Position numbers and translations under genes: made by a program. A DNA stretch of 48,900 bases, from the NCBI RefSeq assembly GCF_004010195.1, contig NC_057719.1:8304224-8353123 (forward strand). The letters are read 5' to 3'. Of the stretch, positions 10,624 through 22,510 are shown in pieces (positions within the stretch are counted from its first letter, which is position 1; every line of letters starts with the position of its first letter). Below the pieces are notes generated by a model. It did no database searches. It was not told the DNA's origin and saw nothing but the letters and a program-made list of their open reading frames with translations. The DNA is from Chiloscyllium plagiosum. Lineage: Eukaryota.

Positions 10624-10999
10624 TGGATTCTCAAGAGGCCATGTCTGGAGGAATGCAGAGGACTGAGAAAGTGATGATTTTCCAGTGGCAGGAATTTTCA
10701 GTAACCCAGAGGATTTAAGATTAATCAATGAAAGGTGAGACACTGGAGGTGGTTAGAGAAATAGGAACAAGCAAGGACATGGAGGGATTTCAGAGGAAAG
10801 GTGTAAGTTGAAAATGGTGACACTAGCCATTGGAATTACTTACATTGGAACAGCATCATTGCCAGCTATAGGTTTAACCATTTCAACTAATGAAATTTAG
10901 GAGATTCAGTAACATTGGAGAAGCGTTTGTAATGTTCTATGGTGATAACTGTGTGTTTAATATATTCACTGGTGGGACATGGGCATCACTGGCTGGAAA

Positions 11000-11092
11000 T
11001 CACTTCATCTGACAAAGGAGCAGCTCTCCGAAAGCTTGTGATTTCAAATGAACTTCTTGGACTATGAAGTGATGTCGTGTGACTTCTGACTT
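11000..11092 (+). mobile_element. PLE pseudo-LTR remnant (family C) with decayed hammerhead
   Basis: CTGACAA-A-GGAG-CAGCT-CTCC-GAAA-GCTT at 11009-11037. Confidence 0.7.
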
Positions 11093-12879
11093 AGTGATAT
11101 TCTGTTTCCAGGTTCAGGTGTGGAAGAAATACATTATGATATCCAATCAGTTCTGGGCAGGGGGGACACAAAATAGGTGATATTGTAATTTCTGACAGTA
11201 ATTGTTCTATTAAAGTGCATGGATTTAAACAACAGGAGAGGTGATAAAATACAAACAACGCTCCATCGACCACATCTGACGTGAGTCAAAAAATTCTGAC
11301 CTTTAAGACATGTTAACATCTGAGTAACGCCCAATGTTTTAACCTTGTCCTTGAAAGAGATGACATCTCACAACGACAAAGCATACTAGATCTAACAGAC
11401 TTGTGAACATGCCTTCCTGACCTGCACCATCAAATAGATAAGGGACTTCACTGTTAGTGTCATCAGCATTACATCCTGCTGAAGGTACATTAATGATCTG
11501 CAGTGCAGTCAAGTCTTTGTGGGCTGAGTCTGCAATGAGACAGAATTACCCATTCCGATGTTTGCTGACCTCAGTGGTGGATAATTGTTTCCGTTCTTTG
11601 GTGGGTAATTGTTGACATTGGGTAATAATGGGAAACAGGCAAAATCAATTAAATTTTCCGTGATCCATTCTGCATTCTCACTGCCATAAGTACCAGATGG
11701 TGACAACAATATAAACAGACATCCTCACAAAACAGGCAACTGTAGTTAAGGGATACTTAACAATGGACCCAAATAACTCATGGGATAAAATCTACAAAAA
11801 GCACCCGAAAGCTCAGACCCTGATAATTCCAATGCACAAACAGACTTTGATGAACCAAATATTTACAACTGAAAGCACAGCAAGCAGCCTGTGCAGAGCT
11901 GCAGTAAAGGGCACAGTTAACTGAGTCAGAGGCCCCTTGTATTTCTCCTCACAGCTTGTCTCCTATCCACAGTCCCTGTGAAAACCGCACACGCCAGTCA
12001 AGGTGTGGGAATAGCAGGTTCTGTGAGAGAAATACCTTTTAAACATTGTGGTTCAATTCAGCATTCACTTCCCCTCCCTGATAGCCCTTCACAAGCTGCT
12101 TTCTTGAATCACTGCAGTCCCTGGTGCGTAGTGTTATGGACCAGACCAAACCCCTCAAAAATGTATTAAGAAGAGTGTCTATTTTAGAAATGAAAGCAAG
12201 GCATTGCGTTCCAGATGTAATTTGATTGGTCAAACTATCGACTTTAAGCGAAACACGCTTTATTTTTACATGGCCAGTAAAATACAGACTATATTCAGGA
12301 ACCTGCCTGGTTGTGTGGTGGGTTTGAAAGTTCTGTTCAGGTCTTGGGTGTGGGGTTACACTATGGAGCAGACCAGCTGGAGGACATAAAGGGACAGGAC
12401 TTACAGCAATGCTCCTTCAATGTCTGAGTTTCATTTGAAACTCTAAAACTCCAAATGAGTTTGGTTATTGTCCATCCATAGTTGCCCCGTTGTCCTTCTT
12501 GATGCCTGGACTTGCTGCCGAATGGTTTGGGCTGTTTGGCTACTTTGGAGGATAATTCAAGAGTCAAGCCCATCGCTATGAGGCCTGGAGTTACCTGTAC
12601 ACCCAGATCTAGTCGGTTTTAATCCTTAAAGGACAGTGGGTTTTCAAAGACAATCCAGCAGCTTCACAGCCACTCGAAACTGATTACAGACTTATAGCGA
12701 AACAGATCTCATGGTCACAAATTGTCATGGTAGGGGTTGAGCTCACAGGGCTGGATATTACCAGGGCTTTGGGGACTGATTGGTAGGCAGGGAGGAGATT
12801 GGCATGTCTAACTGCCTTGGGAGCTACGGGAATGGGTGCCTCTGGTGGGTCCATTTGAGGGCATTTTGCCTGCATTGTA

Positions 12880-12930
12880 GAGGGGGAGGGTGGGTTGAAG
12901 GGGGTGGGGGGGGGGGGTGAGGTGAGGGGT
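12880..12930 (+). repeat. G-rich tract with G-quadruplex potential
   Basis: At least six runs of three or more G within 50 nt, including a long G homopolymer. Confidence 0.6.
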
Positions 12931-13407
12931 AACCTGCTGTTGTCACAGTGTAGAATCACCCAGTGAAAACTGGCACTGTCCCACTGGAGTTCAGGCTTTA
13001 CCAGCCCTTCTTGACAGGGAGAGATTTCTAGGTGGCATTGGTCACTGTCGTGGCAATAGGATTGTGTGTTCTTAATAACCCTTCCCCCTCTGCTGCCAGC
13101 CTCGGTGTCTACACTTCCTCATCGAGAACACTTACTACCTTGCAGCTGCTCAGGCCTTTGTATTGCTCTATCCATGCAACTGCAGTGCCAGCAAAGGCCA
13201 CCACCATTGGTGGTGCTGTTGTGCTGCCAGCTATCCTTATCTGGTCAGTGCCTCCTGGGACGAGCAATCATTCTTAATGAAGGGCTTACGTTCATTGGTC
13301 ACATGGTGGAAGGTGCCTCTCTGTGCCCTGACTCCAAACTTAAAACAGGTCACCTCCTGCTTTTATTCCTGTTGACAGGACCTCAACTGTTCTGGCAATA
13401 TTCTGAT

Positions 13408-14942
13408 CATAGAGTCATAGAGATGTACAGCACGGAAACAGACCCTTCAATCCAACTCGTCCATGCCGACCAGATATCCTAACCTAATCTAGTCCCATTT
13501 GCCAGCACTTGGCCCATATCCCTCTGAACCCTTCCTATTCATATACCCATCCAGATGCCTTTTAAATGTTGGAATTGTACCAGCCTCCACCATTTTCTCT
13601 GGCAGCTCATTCCATACACACACCACCCTCTGCATGAAAACATTGCCCCTTAGGTCCCTTTTAAATCTTTCCCCTCTCACCTTAAACCTATGCTGTCTAG
13701 TTCTGGTCTGCCTCTCTCCAGGGAAAAGACCTTGTCAATTTACCCTATCTGTGCTGCTCATGATTTGATTGACCTCTATGAGGTCACCCCTCAGCCTCCA
13801 ATACTCCAGGGAAAACAGCCCCAGCCTATTCAGCCTCTCCCTGTAGCTCAAATCCTCCAATCCTGGCAACATCCTTGTAAATCTTTTCTGAACCCTTTCA
13901 AGTTTCACAACATCTTTCCGATAGGAAGGAGACCAGAATTGCACACAGCATTCCAACAGTGGCCTAACCAATGTCCTGTACAGCCGCAACATGACCTCCC
14001 AACTCTTGTACTCAATACTCTGACCAATAAAGGAAAGTATAGCAAATGTCTTCTTCACTAGCCTATCTAACTGTGACTCCATTTTTAAGGAGCTATGAAC
14101 CTGCACATCAAGGTTTGTTCAGCAACACTCCCGAGGACCTTACCATTCAGTGTATAAGTCCTGCTAAGACTTGCTTTCCCAAAATGTAGCACCTCACATT
14201 TATCTAAATTAAACTCCATCTGCCACTTCTCAGCCCATTGGCCCATCTGATCAAGATCCCGTTGTACTAAGAGGTAACCTTCTTCGCTGTCCAGTATACC
14301 TCCAATTTTGGTGTCATCTGCAAACTTACTAACTTTCCTTCCTATGTTCACATTCAAATCATTTATACAAATGATGAAAAGCATTGGACCCAGCATCAAT
14401 CCTTGTGGCGCACCACTGGTCACAAGCCTTCAGTTGGAAAGGCAATCCTCCACCACCACCCTCTGTCTTCTACCTTTGAGCCAGTTCTGTGTCTAAATGG
14501 CTAGTTCTCCCTGTATTCCATGAGATCTAACCTTACTAACCGGTCTACCATGAGTAAACTTGTCGAACACCTTATTGAAGTCTATATGGATCATGTCCAC
14601 TGCTCTGCCCTCATCAATCGTCTTTGTTACTTCTTCAAAAAACTCAAGCAAGTTAATGAGATGTGATTTCCCACACACAAAGCCATGTTGGCTATTCCTA
14701 ATCAGTCCTTGCCTTTCCAAATACATGTCCCTGCCCCTCCAACAACTTGCCCACCACTGATGTCAGACCCATCGGTCTATAGTTTCTTGGCTTTTCCTTC
14801 CCACCTTTTTTAAGCAGTGGCACCACATCAGCCAACCTTCAGACTTCCGTCACCTCACCTGTGACTATCGGTGATACAAATATCTCAGCAAGAGACCCAG
14901 CAATCACTTCCCTAGCCTCCCATAGAGCTCTACGGTACACCT
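13408..14942 (-). mobile_element. CR1 (HER1-like) LINE, about 1.5 kb 5'-truncated, frameshifted reverse transcriptase
   Basis: Consecutive ORFs: SQHGFV..NLLEFFEEVT..DFNKVFDK, SGAPQG..LGP..KFADDTKIGG, LVRPLLECCVQFWSP, RVVCVWNELP; tail (CATAGAGT)n. Confidence 0.95.
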
Positions 14943-15079
14943 GCCATGTTCCATTTTGAACTGTAGCTTTGTACTATTACCACAGGGCCTTGGAGATGGT
15001 AGGGAATGGGTAGAATGGATCCAGTCATGGGGAATTACAGTCACATTGGGAGACCAGATGAGTTGAGTTCAACCAAAAG

Positions 15080-15500
15080 ACATATGAGCAGAAGTGAGCC
15101 ATTCAGCTAATCAAGTTTTGTAGCACTGTTCAATGAGTTCATGTCTGATCTAATAATCCTCAACTCCACTCTCGTGCCTTTTCCCCATAACCCTTGATTC
15201 CCTCACTGATTACAAATCTGTCTTGAATATTTCTCATGATCAGCTTCTGTGGTGAAGAATTCCAAAGGTTCACTATCCTCTGAGAGAAGAAATTCCTTCT
15301 CATCTCTGATTTAAATGTGCAATTCCTACTCTGAGCTTACACCCTTTCGTCCAAGACTCCTCCTAAATTCTAATGAGTACAGGCCCAATCTACTCAACCG
15401 TTCCTCCCAAGGCAGCCTCTCCATACCTGGGATCAGTCTGGTGAACCTTCTCTAACTGCCTCCAATGCCACTCTATCTTTCCTTCGATGAGGGGCCCAAA
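15080..15500 (-). mobile_element. CR1 LINE 3' end, older subfamily
   Basis: Tail ACATATGAGCAGAAGTGAGCCATTCAGC and GAGAAGAAATTCCTTCTCATCTC motif. Confidence 0.75.
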
Positions 15501-15586
15501 CAGAAAGCTAACAGGAGGCAACAACAGAAAGTGTTGGAACTACTCCGTACCTCTAGAGAAAGAAAGAGTTAATGTTTTAGGTCGAG

Positions 15587-16485
15587 TAGAACAAAGAACA
15601 ATACAGCACAGGAACATGCCCTTCAGCTCTCCAAACCTGCGAAGACACATTTTGCCCTTCCATACTCAAACTGTCTTCATTTACAGGATCCGTATCCCTC
15701 TATTCCCTTCCTATTCATATATTTGTCTAAATGCTTCTTGAACCCTGCTATTGTGTCTGCTTCCACCACCTCCTCTGGCAGCGCATTCCAGGCACTCACC
15801 ACTCTTTGTTTGTAACACTTGTCTCTCACGTCTCTTTTAAACATCCCCCTCGCACCATGGATCTGTGTCCCCTAGTAACTGACCCCTCTATCCTGGGAAA
15901 AAGCCTCACACTTTCCACTCCATCCATGCCATTCACAATCTTATAAACTCCTATCAGGTCGCGCCCCTCAACCTCCTGTGTTCCAGTGAAAACAAATGCA
16001 GTCTATCCAACCTTTCTTCATAGCTAAAGTCCCCCATACCAGGCAACATCCTGGTAAACCTTTTCGGTACCCTCTCTCCAACGTATCTACATCCTTCTGG
16101 TATAGTAGTGACCAGAACCGTGCACAATATTCCAAGTGTGGCCTAACTAAAGTTCAATAAAGCTGCAGCATAGCTTATCTATCCTTATACTCAATGCCCC
16201 TTCCAATGAAGGCAAGCATTTGTTACTACCTTATCTCCGTGTGCTGCTACCTTCAGTGATCTGTGGTCCTGCACATCCAGATCCCTCTACATACCAATAC
16301 CCCTAAGGCTCCTGCCATTCACTGTATAATTTCCACCTGTACTTGACTGTCCAAAATGCATCACCTCACACTTGTCCAGATTAAACTCCATCTGCCATTT
16401 TTCTGCCCTTGCCTCCAACTGATCTGTATCCTGCTGCATCCTCTGACAATCCTCCTCACTATCTGCAACTCCACCAATCTTTGTA
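15587..16485 (-). mobile_element. CR1 LINE 3' fragment flanked by oppositely oriented PLE remnants (about 15520-15586 and 16503-16562)
   Basis: (AGAACAA)n tail; TATTCCAAGTGTGGCCTAAC and ATTAAACTCCATCTGCCA motifs of CR1 ORF2. Confidence 0.85.
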
Positions 16486-17227
16486 TTGTGTTCTTACACG
16501 GAACCCTGTTTTTCTCTCCCCATTGACGCTTCCAGACCTGCTGAGATTTCAGATTTCCAGCAGGCACAGTATCTTGCTTTTGTTTAATGCAAAGTGACGG
16601 TTTTAATTGGCAATGCTAGCCACAAAAACATTTGCAGAGGAAAGTATAGGGAACCTGGAGCAACAGCTGAGGACTTGATAACCAGAAGATGAGTCTTCGG
16701 GTGATTGGTGAAAGACGCAGAGGCAATAAGAAGCAAAGTGGTTGGCTATGATGTGGAATGTATTGCCAGGTAGGATCGCTGATGCAGATTCAATTGTAAT
16801 AATCAAAAGTAGGTGTTCATGTTGCAGGACAATGGGAGAAGAGCAAGAGCTAGTGCAGACTCAATGGACTGAATGTGTTTGGATGTTTTATAGTTGTAAG
16901 AAATGGAAGGATTTGTAATGATAGTTTCAGGATTCATTCATTTAATGGAGAGGTTGATACAATTGTGTAACAAAGCACCCGACAGAAAAGGTTGAAAACT
17001 CTGCTCTAAGTCCTCGGGTGAATGGAGCCATAACCCAGGAGGGGGAGAGAAAGAAATTCAGGGGAAATAAATAAGAATATTAATAATACATGGTTCCCTG
17101 AACTAGACAATTCTATTAATCCAGAGATCCAGGTAATGTTCTGGGGAATTTGAATTCACTAAAGTTCTGCGATTAAGAGTTCAATGATGACAATGAATCC
17201 ATTGTTGGCAAAACCCACCTGGTTCCA

Positions 17228-17748
17228 TAGAACATAGAACAGTCCAGCACAGGAACAGGCCCTTTGGCCCAAATGTCTGTAATGGCCATGATACCATTCT
17301 AAGCTAATTGCACATAGTCCATAACCCTCTATTCTCTGCTTGTTCATGTGTTTGTCTAAATGCCTGTAAAACATTGCTATTGTATCTGCTTCTACCACCT
17401 CCCTGGCAGCACATTCCACGCACCTACCACCCTCTGTGTAAAATACTTGCCTCGCACATCCCTTTTAAACTTGCCCCCTCTTACCTTAAGCCTCTGCCCC
17501 CTAGTATTTGACATTTCCACCCTGGAAAAGAAACACTGACAATCCCCTTAATCCAGGCCTCTCATAATTTTATACACTTCTATCAGGTCGCCCTTCAGCC
17601 TCTGACACTTGTGTAAAAACAACCCAAGTTTGTCTGAGCTCTATTTCCAGCTAATATACTCCTATCCTGGTAACATCCTGGTAAACCTCTTCCTCACCTT
17701 CTCCAAAACCTCCATATGCTTCCCAGAGTGGCGATCAGAATTGCATAA
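17228..17748 (-). mobile_element. CR1 LINE 3' end inserted in a second-family SINE (about 17085-17227 and 17950-18035)
   Basis: (ATAGAAC)n tail; ORF 17159..17419 EVVEADTIAMFYRHLDKHM. Confidence 0.8.
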
Positions 17749-17767
17749 AATAATATTGGGAAGGAAA

Positions 17768-17942
17768 GAGTCAAGAGGAAAAGAACTGGAGGCTGAAAAT
17801 CAGAAACAAAAGCAGGAATTGCTGGAGAAAACTCAGCAGGTCTGGCAGCATCTGTGGAGACAGAAAAACAGAGTTAATGTTTTGGGTCCAGTCACCCTAC
17901 TTCAGAATTCTGAGCTTTTCCACCAGTTTCTGCTTTTGTTTT
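17768..17942. mobile_element. PLE mini-element (family D) with short inverted arms
   Basis: 17-bp TSD TAATATT(G/A)GGAAGGAAA at 17751-17767 and 17943-17959; decayed hammerhead on the minus strand (GGGT..CTGGACCC-AAAACATT). Confidence 0.75.
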
Positions 17943-18039
17943 TAATATTAGGAAGGAAACTGCCTTCCTTACCTGGCCTGGCCTAGATATGACTCCAGAC
18001 CCACAGCGATGCCATTGACTCTTCCCTGCCTTCTGGAGC

Positions 18040-18672
18040 TAGGGGAGATGAGGAGGTGATCCTATAGACATCTACAAAGATTATAAGAGACATAGGTAAG
18101 GCAGATGGCTGACAGCCTTTCCCTGCTTGGGGTGGGGGGGCGGATGAGATTTAAAACTAGAGGCCGTAGGTTTAAGATGAGAGAGGAGAGATACAAAAAG
18201 GTCGAGAGAGTCAATTCTTTTCACACAGAGGGTGGCAAGTGTCTGGTACGTGCAGCCAGAGGTAGCACGGGAGTGAGTACAGTTTTGTCATTTCAGAAAC
18301 ATTTGGACAGGTATGGAGGCACAAGGACCAAACACAGACAAATGGGACTAGTTTGATGGGATGGTATGGAGAAGTTGGGCTGAAGGGTCTGTTTCCACAC
18401 TGTAAGTAATCTAATCTAAGTCTACGCCCTTTGGCCCAACAAGTCCACCAAAGCGCAACCCACCCAGACCCATTCCCCTACACCTAACACTATGGGCAAT
18501 TTAGCATGGCCAATTCACCCTAATCCACACATCTTTGTGACTGTGGGAGGAAACCCACGCAGACACGGGGAGAATGTGCAAACTCCACACAGACAGTCGC
18601 TTGAGGCGGGAATTGAACCCAGGTCTCTGGTACTGTGAGGCAGCAGTGCTAACCATTGTGCTACCACGCCGC
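18040..18672. mobile_element. CR1 3' end (+, about 18040-18420) tail-to-tail with an HE1 SINE (-, about 18426-18672)
   Basis: KTRGRRFKMREERY motif then (TCTAA)n; SINE V-domain and A/B boxes on the minus strand. Confidence 0.85.
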
Positions 18673-20011
18673 TGTGACTCTGTGACTCTCGACAATCAAG
18701 ATGGACGGCAAATGATGGTGTACCCAGCAATGCCCACAATCCTGAGAATAAATTTTTAAAAATTACTTTGACTAACAAGATTGGTGCCACAAACTTGGTG
18801 TCATGGAACAAATTGAAATAATTTGCTCTGGGGAAGGGTCACTTGATCCAAAACGATAACCGTGGTTTCTCACCACAGATGCTAAGATCTTCCAGCAGTT
18901 TTTTTTATTGTTTTTGAAATAATTCAGTTCACAGCTATATCACCTTCACATGATGAGGCACTACAAGGTCAATGACGGACTTGGATACTATTTGCATCGC
19001 TTGAGGGACCTCCAAGACAGAATTAAAACTGGTTTGTATTTTGTGTTTGTGCCTATCCCTCCAAGGATGACATTAAATAGTATTGAGGAGGATTATTTAA
19101 GATACCATCCGAATAATTACTGGTTTAAAGCTGCATTCTTTCCCCCTTTGCTATCAAGCTGCTTGTCAATTTCAAGTTACATTTCACATATTCAGAATCA
19201 ACCAACCAGCGCCCTCACCCTAATCAGGCTGAGTAGACTGCAACATGCAGCAACTACATGGTCAGAGGTGACTCGAATAATTCAGAAGGATATGACCTGA
19301 CTTTTCCAAAGGTGCGGGGATGTGGACCGTGCTCTGGAACCACCCCCCCTCCCCCCACCGCCTCAGAATCTCAGCACGTGTAGAGCATTCAGACTCAAGG
19401 ACAATCAAGGAACCAATCAGCACACAGGGAGGCCATTGGGCCTGTTGTCTCTGTACTAGCTCTAGTGAAGCACTATCCCACTCTTATTGTTTTCCAAAAC
19501 TCTACAATTTGTTTTTTTTTAACAACAAAATTGATCAAATTCCCTTCCGAAAGTTATTGACTTTGCTACATTGCAGATCGGAGATGCTTACTGTCTCAAA
19601 TAAATTCCCCTCATCTCCCTCTACAGTTCATCCTGTGATTTTCTTAATTCTGTCTCTTCTTTCCTGATGGGATAAGGGCATCACTGGAAGGGAAACGTTT
19701 GTAGGCCGTCCCTAATTACCCCAGAATTTACCACCTTTCCAGGGCAACTAGGGACAGGCAACAAATGCTGACCCAACCAGTGATTTCCATGTCCCACAGT
19801 AAATAAAATTTTTAAAAAACTGAGTGGTGTTATTGGGATGTTTAAGAGGGTTTTTATAGGAACTGGCTACATGGTTGTGGATCTGGAGTCAAATGTAGGC
19901 CAGGCCAGTTACAAACAAAAAGTCTCCTCAGCGAGCCAGTGGCTTCACTGTCACTATAACTGAGTCTAACTCCAGATTTGTTAATTGAATGGGATTGATG
20001 GGATTTGAAAG

Positions 20012-20140
20012 TGGAGAAAGTGAGGATCACAGGTGTGGGAGATCAGAGTCGAAGAGTGTGGTGCTGGAAAAGCACAGCCGGTCAGGCAGCATCCGAGGAG
20101 CAGGAGAACCGATGTTTCGGGCCTAAGCCCTTCATCAGGA
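20012..20140 (-). mobile_element. Solo PLE pseudo-LTR (family A) with near-intact hammerhead
   Basis: Minus strand CTGATGA-A-GGGC-TTAG-GCCC-GAAA-CATC at 20111-20138. Confidence 0.8.
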
Positions 20141-20247
20141 TTTTGACGCCATGTCCCCCAGAGCATTAGCCTGTGTCTTGGGGGCTGCCTCTTCTCACAC
20201 CGTTGAAAATAATTTCTTCCTCCTTAGACCATCAAAACCGCACACCA

Positions 20248-20710
20248 TTTTTTAAAAAAAGCCCTTCATGGGATGTGTGTATTCCTAGCTGGGCCAGAAT
20301 GTATTGCCTCTCTCCAGGAGAAGGTGATGGTGAACTGCCTTCTTGAATCATTGCTGTCCTTGGGATATAGGGACACATCCACCTAATGACAGTAGATAAC
20401 GATGTACTTCCAAGTCAGGATGGGGAGTGACTTGGAGGGGAACTTGCAGTGAGCAATGTTCACATGTACCTGCTACCTTTGTCCTTCTAGATGGTAAAAG
20501 TCACAAATTTGGTGCTGTTGGAGAAACCTTGGAGTGTTGCTTGTAGATAGTAGACATTTCTGCTACTTAGTTTTGGTGGTGGAGAGAGCAGATGTGGTGC
20601 CAATCGAGTGGGATGCTTTGTCCTAGATGGTGTCAAGCTTCTTGAGTGTTGTTGGAGCTGCACCCATCCAGGCAAGTGGGGAGTATTCCACCTCACTCCT
20701 GACTTGTGAC
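20248..20710 (-). mobile_element. Second LINE family (CR1/L2 clade) 3' fragment
   Basis: Matches 37440-37800 and 1755-1945 (CACCACCTGCAAGTTCCCCTCCAAG motif; GCAGCTCCAACAACACTCAAGAAGCTTGACACCATC). Confidence 0.8.
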
Positions 20711-20999
20711 ACAGTGAGAGCAATCTAAGCAAACAATTAAACAAATGAGGAAAACCATGGGCAGCTTGTATTTCTACACTCTTCTCAGAACACTGAGCAG
20801 CCTGAAGGGTTTTGTGCTAGAGTGTGTGCAGCTCTCCAGGTGACAAGCTAACCTTTACAACATTCAATTCAACCCCAAGGTGGACCTTGCCTTCCCAGTC
20901 TTGTGCAGAAATCAGGCCATTCATTGTGGTCCCAGTATCCCCATGTCACCACCCATTGCAATCACTAGGGTGAGATCTGGATAAAAAATCCTTTGTCTG

Positions 21000-22010
21000 G
21001 CCTTGAACTCCTCCCTTCCAAAGCAACAAGGATAGAACTCCACCCCAGTCCTCACCTCCCATCCCACTAAACTCCAGATATAATGCATCATCCTCTGCCA
21101 TTTCTGCCACCTACAGTCAGACCCCACCACTAGAGATATATTTCCCTCCCCACTACCATCAGCATCCTGCAGAGACCACTCCCTCTGCAATTCCCTCGTG
21201 AGGTCCACACCCTCTACCAACCTACCCTCCACTGCCAGCACATTCCCTTGCCACCGCAAGAGGTGTAAACCCTGCACCCACACCTCCCCCCTCACCTCCA
21301 TCCGAGGCCCCAAAGGATCCTTCCACATCCAGCAGAGATTTTCCTGCGCCTCCACACACGTCATCTACCATATCCATTGCTCCTGATGTGGTCTCCTCTA
21401 CATGGGGGACACAGAACGCCAATTCGCAGAACATTTCAGGGAACATCCTTGGGACACGCGCGCTAAACAACACCACCACCCTCTGGCCGAACACTTCAAC
21501 TTTTCCCTTCCACTTCGCCAAGGACATGCAAGTCCTGGGCCTCCTCCACCACCAAATCCAAACCATCTGATGCCTGAAGGAAGAACGCTTCATTTTCTGA
21601 CTTCGGTCTCTCCAACCTCACAGCATCAATATCGATTTCACCAGTTTCCTCATCTCCCCTCCCCTCCGCTCACCTCATCCCAGATCCAACCCTCCAACTC
21701 GGCAGTGTCCTCTTGAACTGTCCTACCTGTCCATCTTCCTTCTCACCTATCCGCTCCACCTTCCCTTCCGATCTATCACCTTCATCCACTTCCATCTACC
21801 TATCACATTCCCAATTACTTTCCCTCCTGCCCCACCCCCCTCCTATTTGTCTCTCAGCCCCCTTCTCCCTGCCCCACCCCATCGTTGATGAAGGGCTTAT
21901 GCCCGAAACGTCGACTCTCCTACTCATTGGATGCTACCTGACCTGCTGTGCTTTTCCAGCACTACACTTTTCGACGCTGTTCTCCAGCATCTGCAGTCCT
22001 CACTTTCTCC
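21000..22010 (+). mobile_element. Penelope-like element 3' region: Cys/His linker, GIY-YIG endonuclease pseudogene and pseudo-LTR
   Basis: FPCHRKRCKPCTH..FSCASTHVIYHIHCS*CGLLYMGDTERQFAEHFREH..PLAEHFN with a stop and frameshifts; hammerhead TTGATGA-A-GGGC-TTAT-GCCC-GAAA-CGTC at 21885-21912. Confidence 0.92.
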
Positions 22011-22013
22011 AAA

Positions 22014-22510
22014 ATATTATGAAGCTGGAGAGGGTTCAGAAGAGGATGTTGCTGGGAATGGAAGGTTTGAGTTATAAGAAGAAGCTGACTAGGTTGGGAT
22101 ATTTTTCACTGGAGTGTAGGAGATTGAGGGGTGACCTTATAGAGGTTTATAAAGTTATGAGAGCCATAGATAGGGTTAATAGACAAAATCTTTTCCCTGG
22201 GGTTGGGGAGTCCAGAACTAGAGGGCATAGGTTTAGGGTGAGGGGGAAAGATATAAAAGGGGCCAAAGGGGCAACTTTTTCACACAGAGGGTGGTATGTG
22301 TATAGAATGAGCTGCCGGAGGAAGTGGTGGAGGCTGGTAAATTGCAACATTTAAAAGGTGTCTGGATGGGTACATGAATAGAAAGGGTTTAGAGGGGTAT
22401 GGGCCAAGTGCTAGCAAATGGGTACAGATTACATTGGGATATCTGATTGGCATGGTCAAGTTGGACCAAAGGGTCTGTTTCTGTGCTGTAGACCTCTATG
22501 ACTTTATGAC
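22014..22510 (+). mobile_element. CR1 LINE 3' end
   Basis: KLERVQKR..FSLECRRLRGDLIEVYKVM..ESRTRGHRFRVRG in ORF 21713..22354. Confidence 0.9.

Larger units (their letters stand above)
10124..10734. repeat. 63-bp inverted repeat pair (10124-10186 / 10672-10734)
   Basis: Arms are reverse complements with 2 mismatches; the right arm interrupts an L2-like remnant. Confidence 0.9.

Noticed and set aside
11509..11709. Possible coding exon with NNYPP repeats
   Set aside because: In-frame stop just upstream (11725-11727), no clear splice sites and no recognisable protein
12131..12270. Possible LTR fragment starting TGTTATGG
   Set aside because: No partner LTR, PBS, PPT or TSD visible, so it cannot be supported
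13408..14942. Functional reverse transcriptase gene
   Set aside because: 5'-truncated and split by frameshifts and stops; the same holds for 44939-47300
21713..22354. Longest ORF (213 aa) as a host gene
   Set aside because: It is a chance read-through from a PLE pseudo-LTR into a CR1 3' fragment, and the start codon is non-ATG
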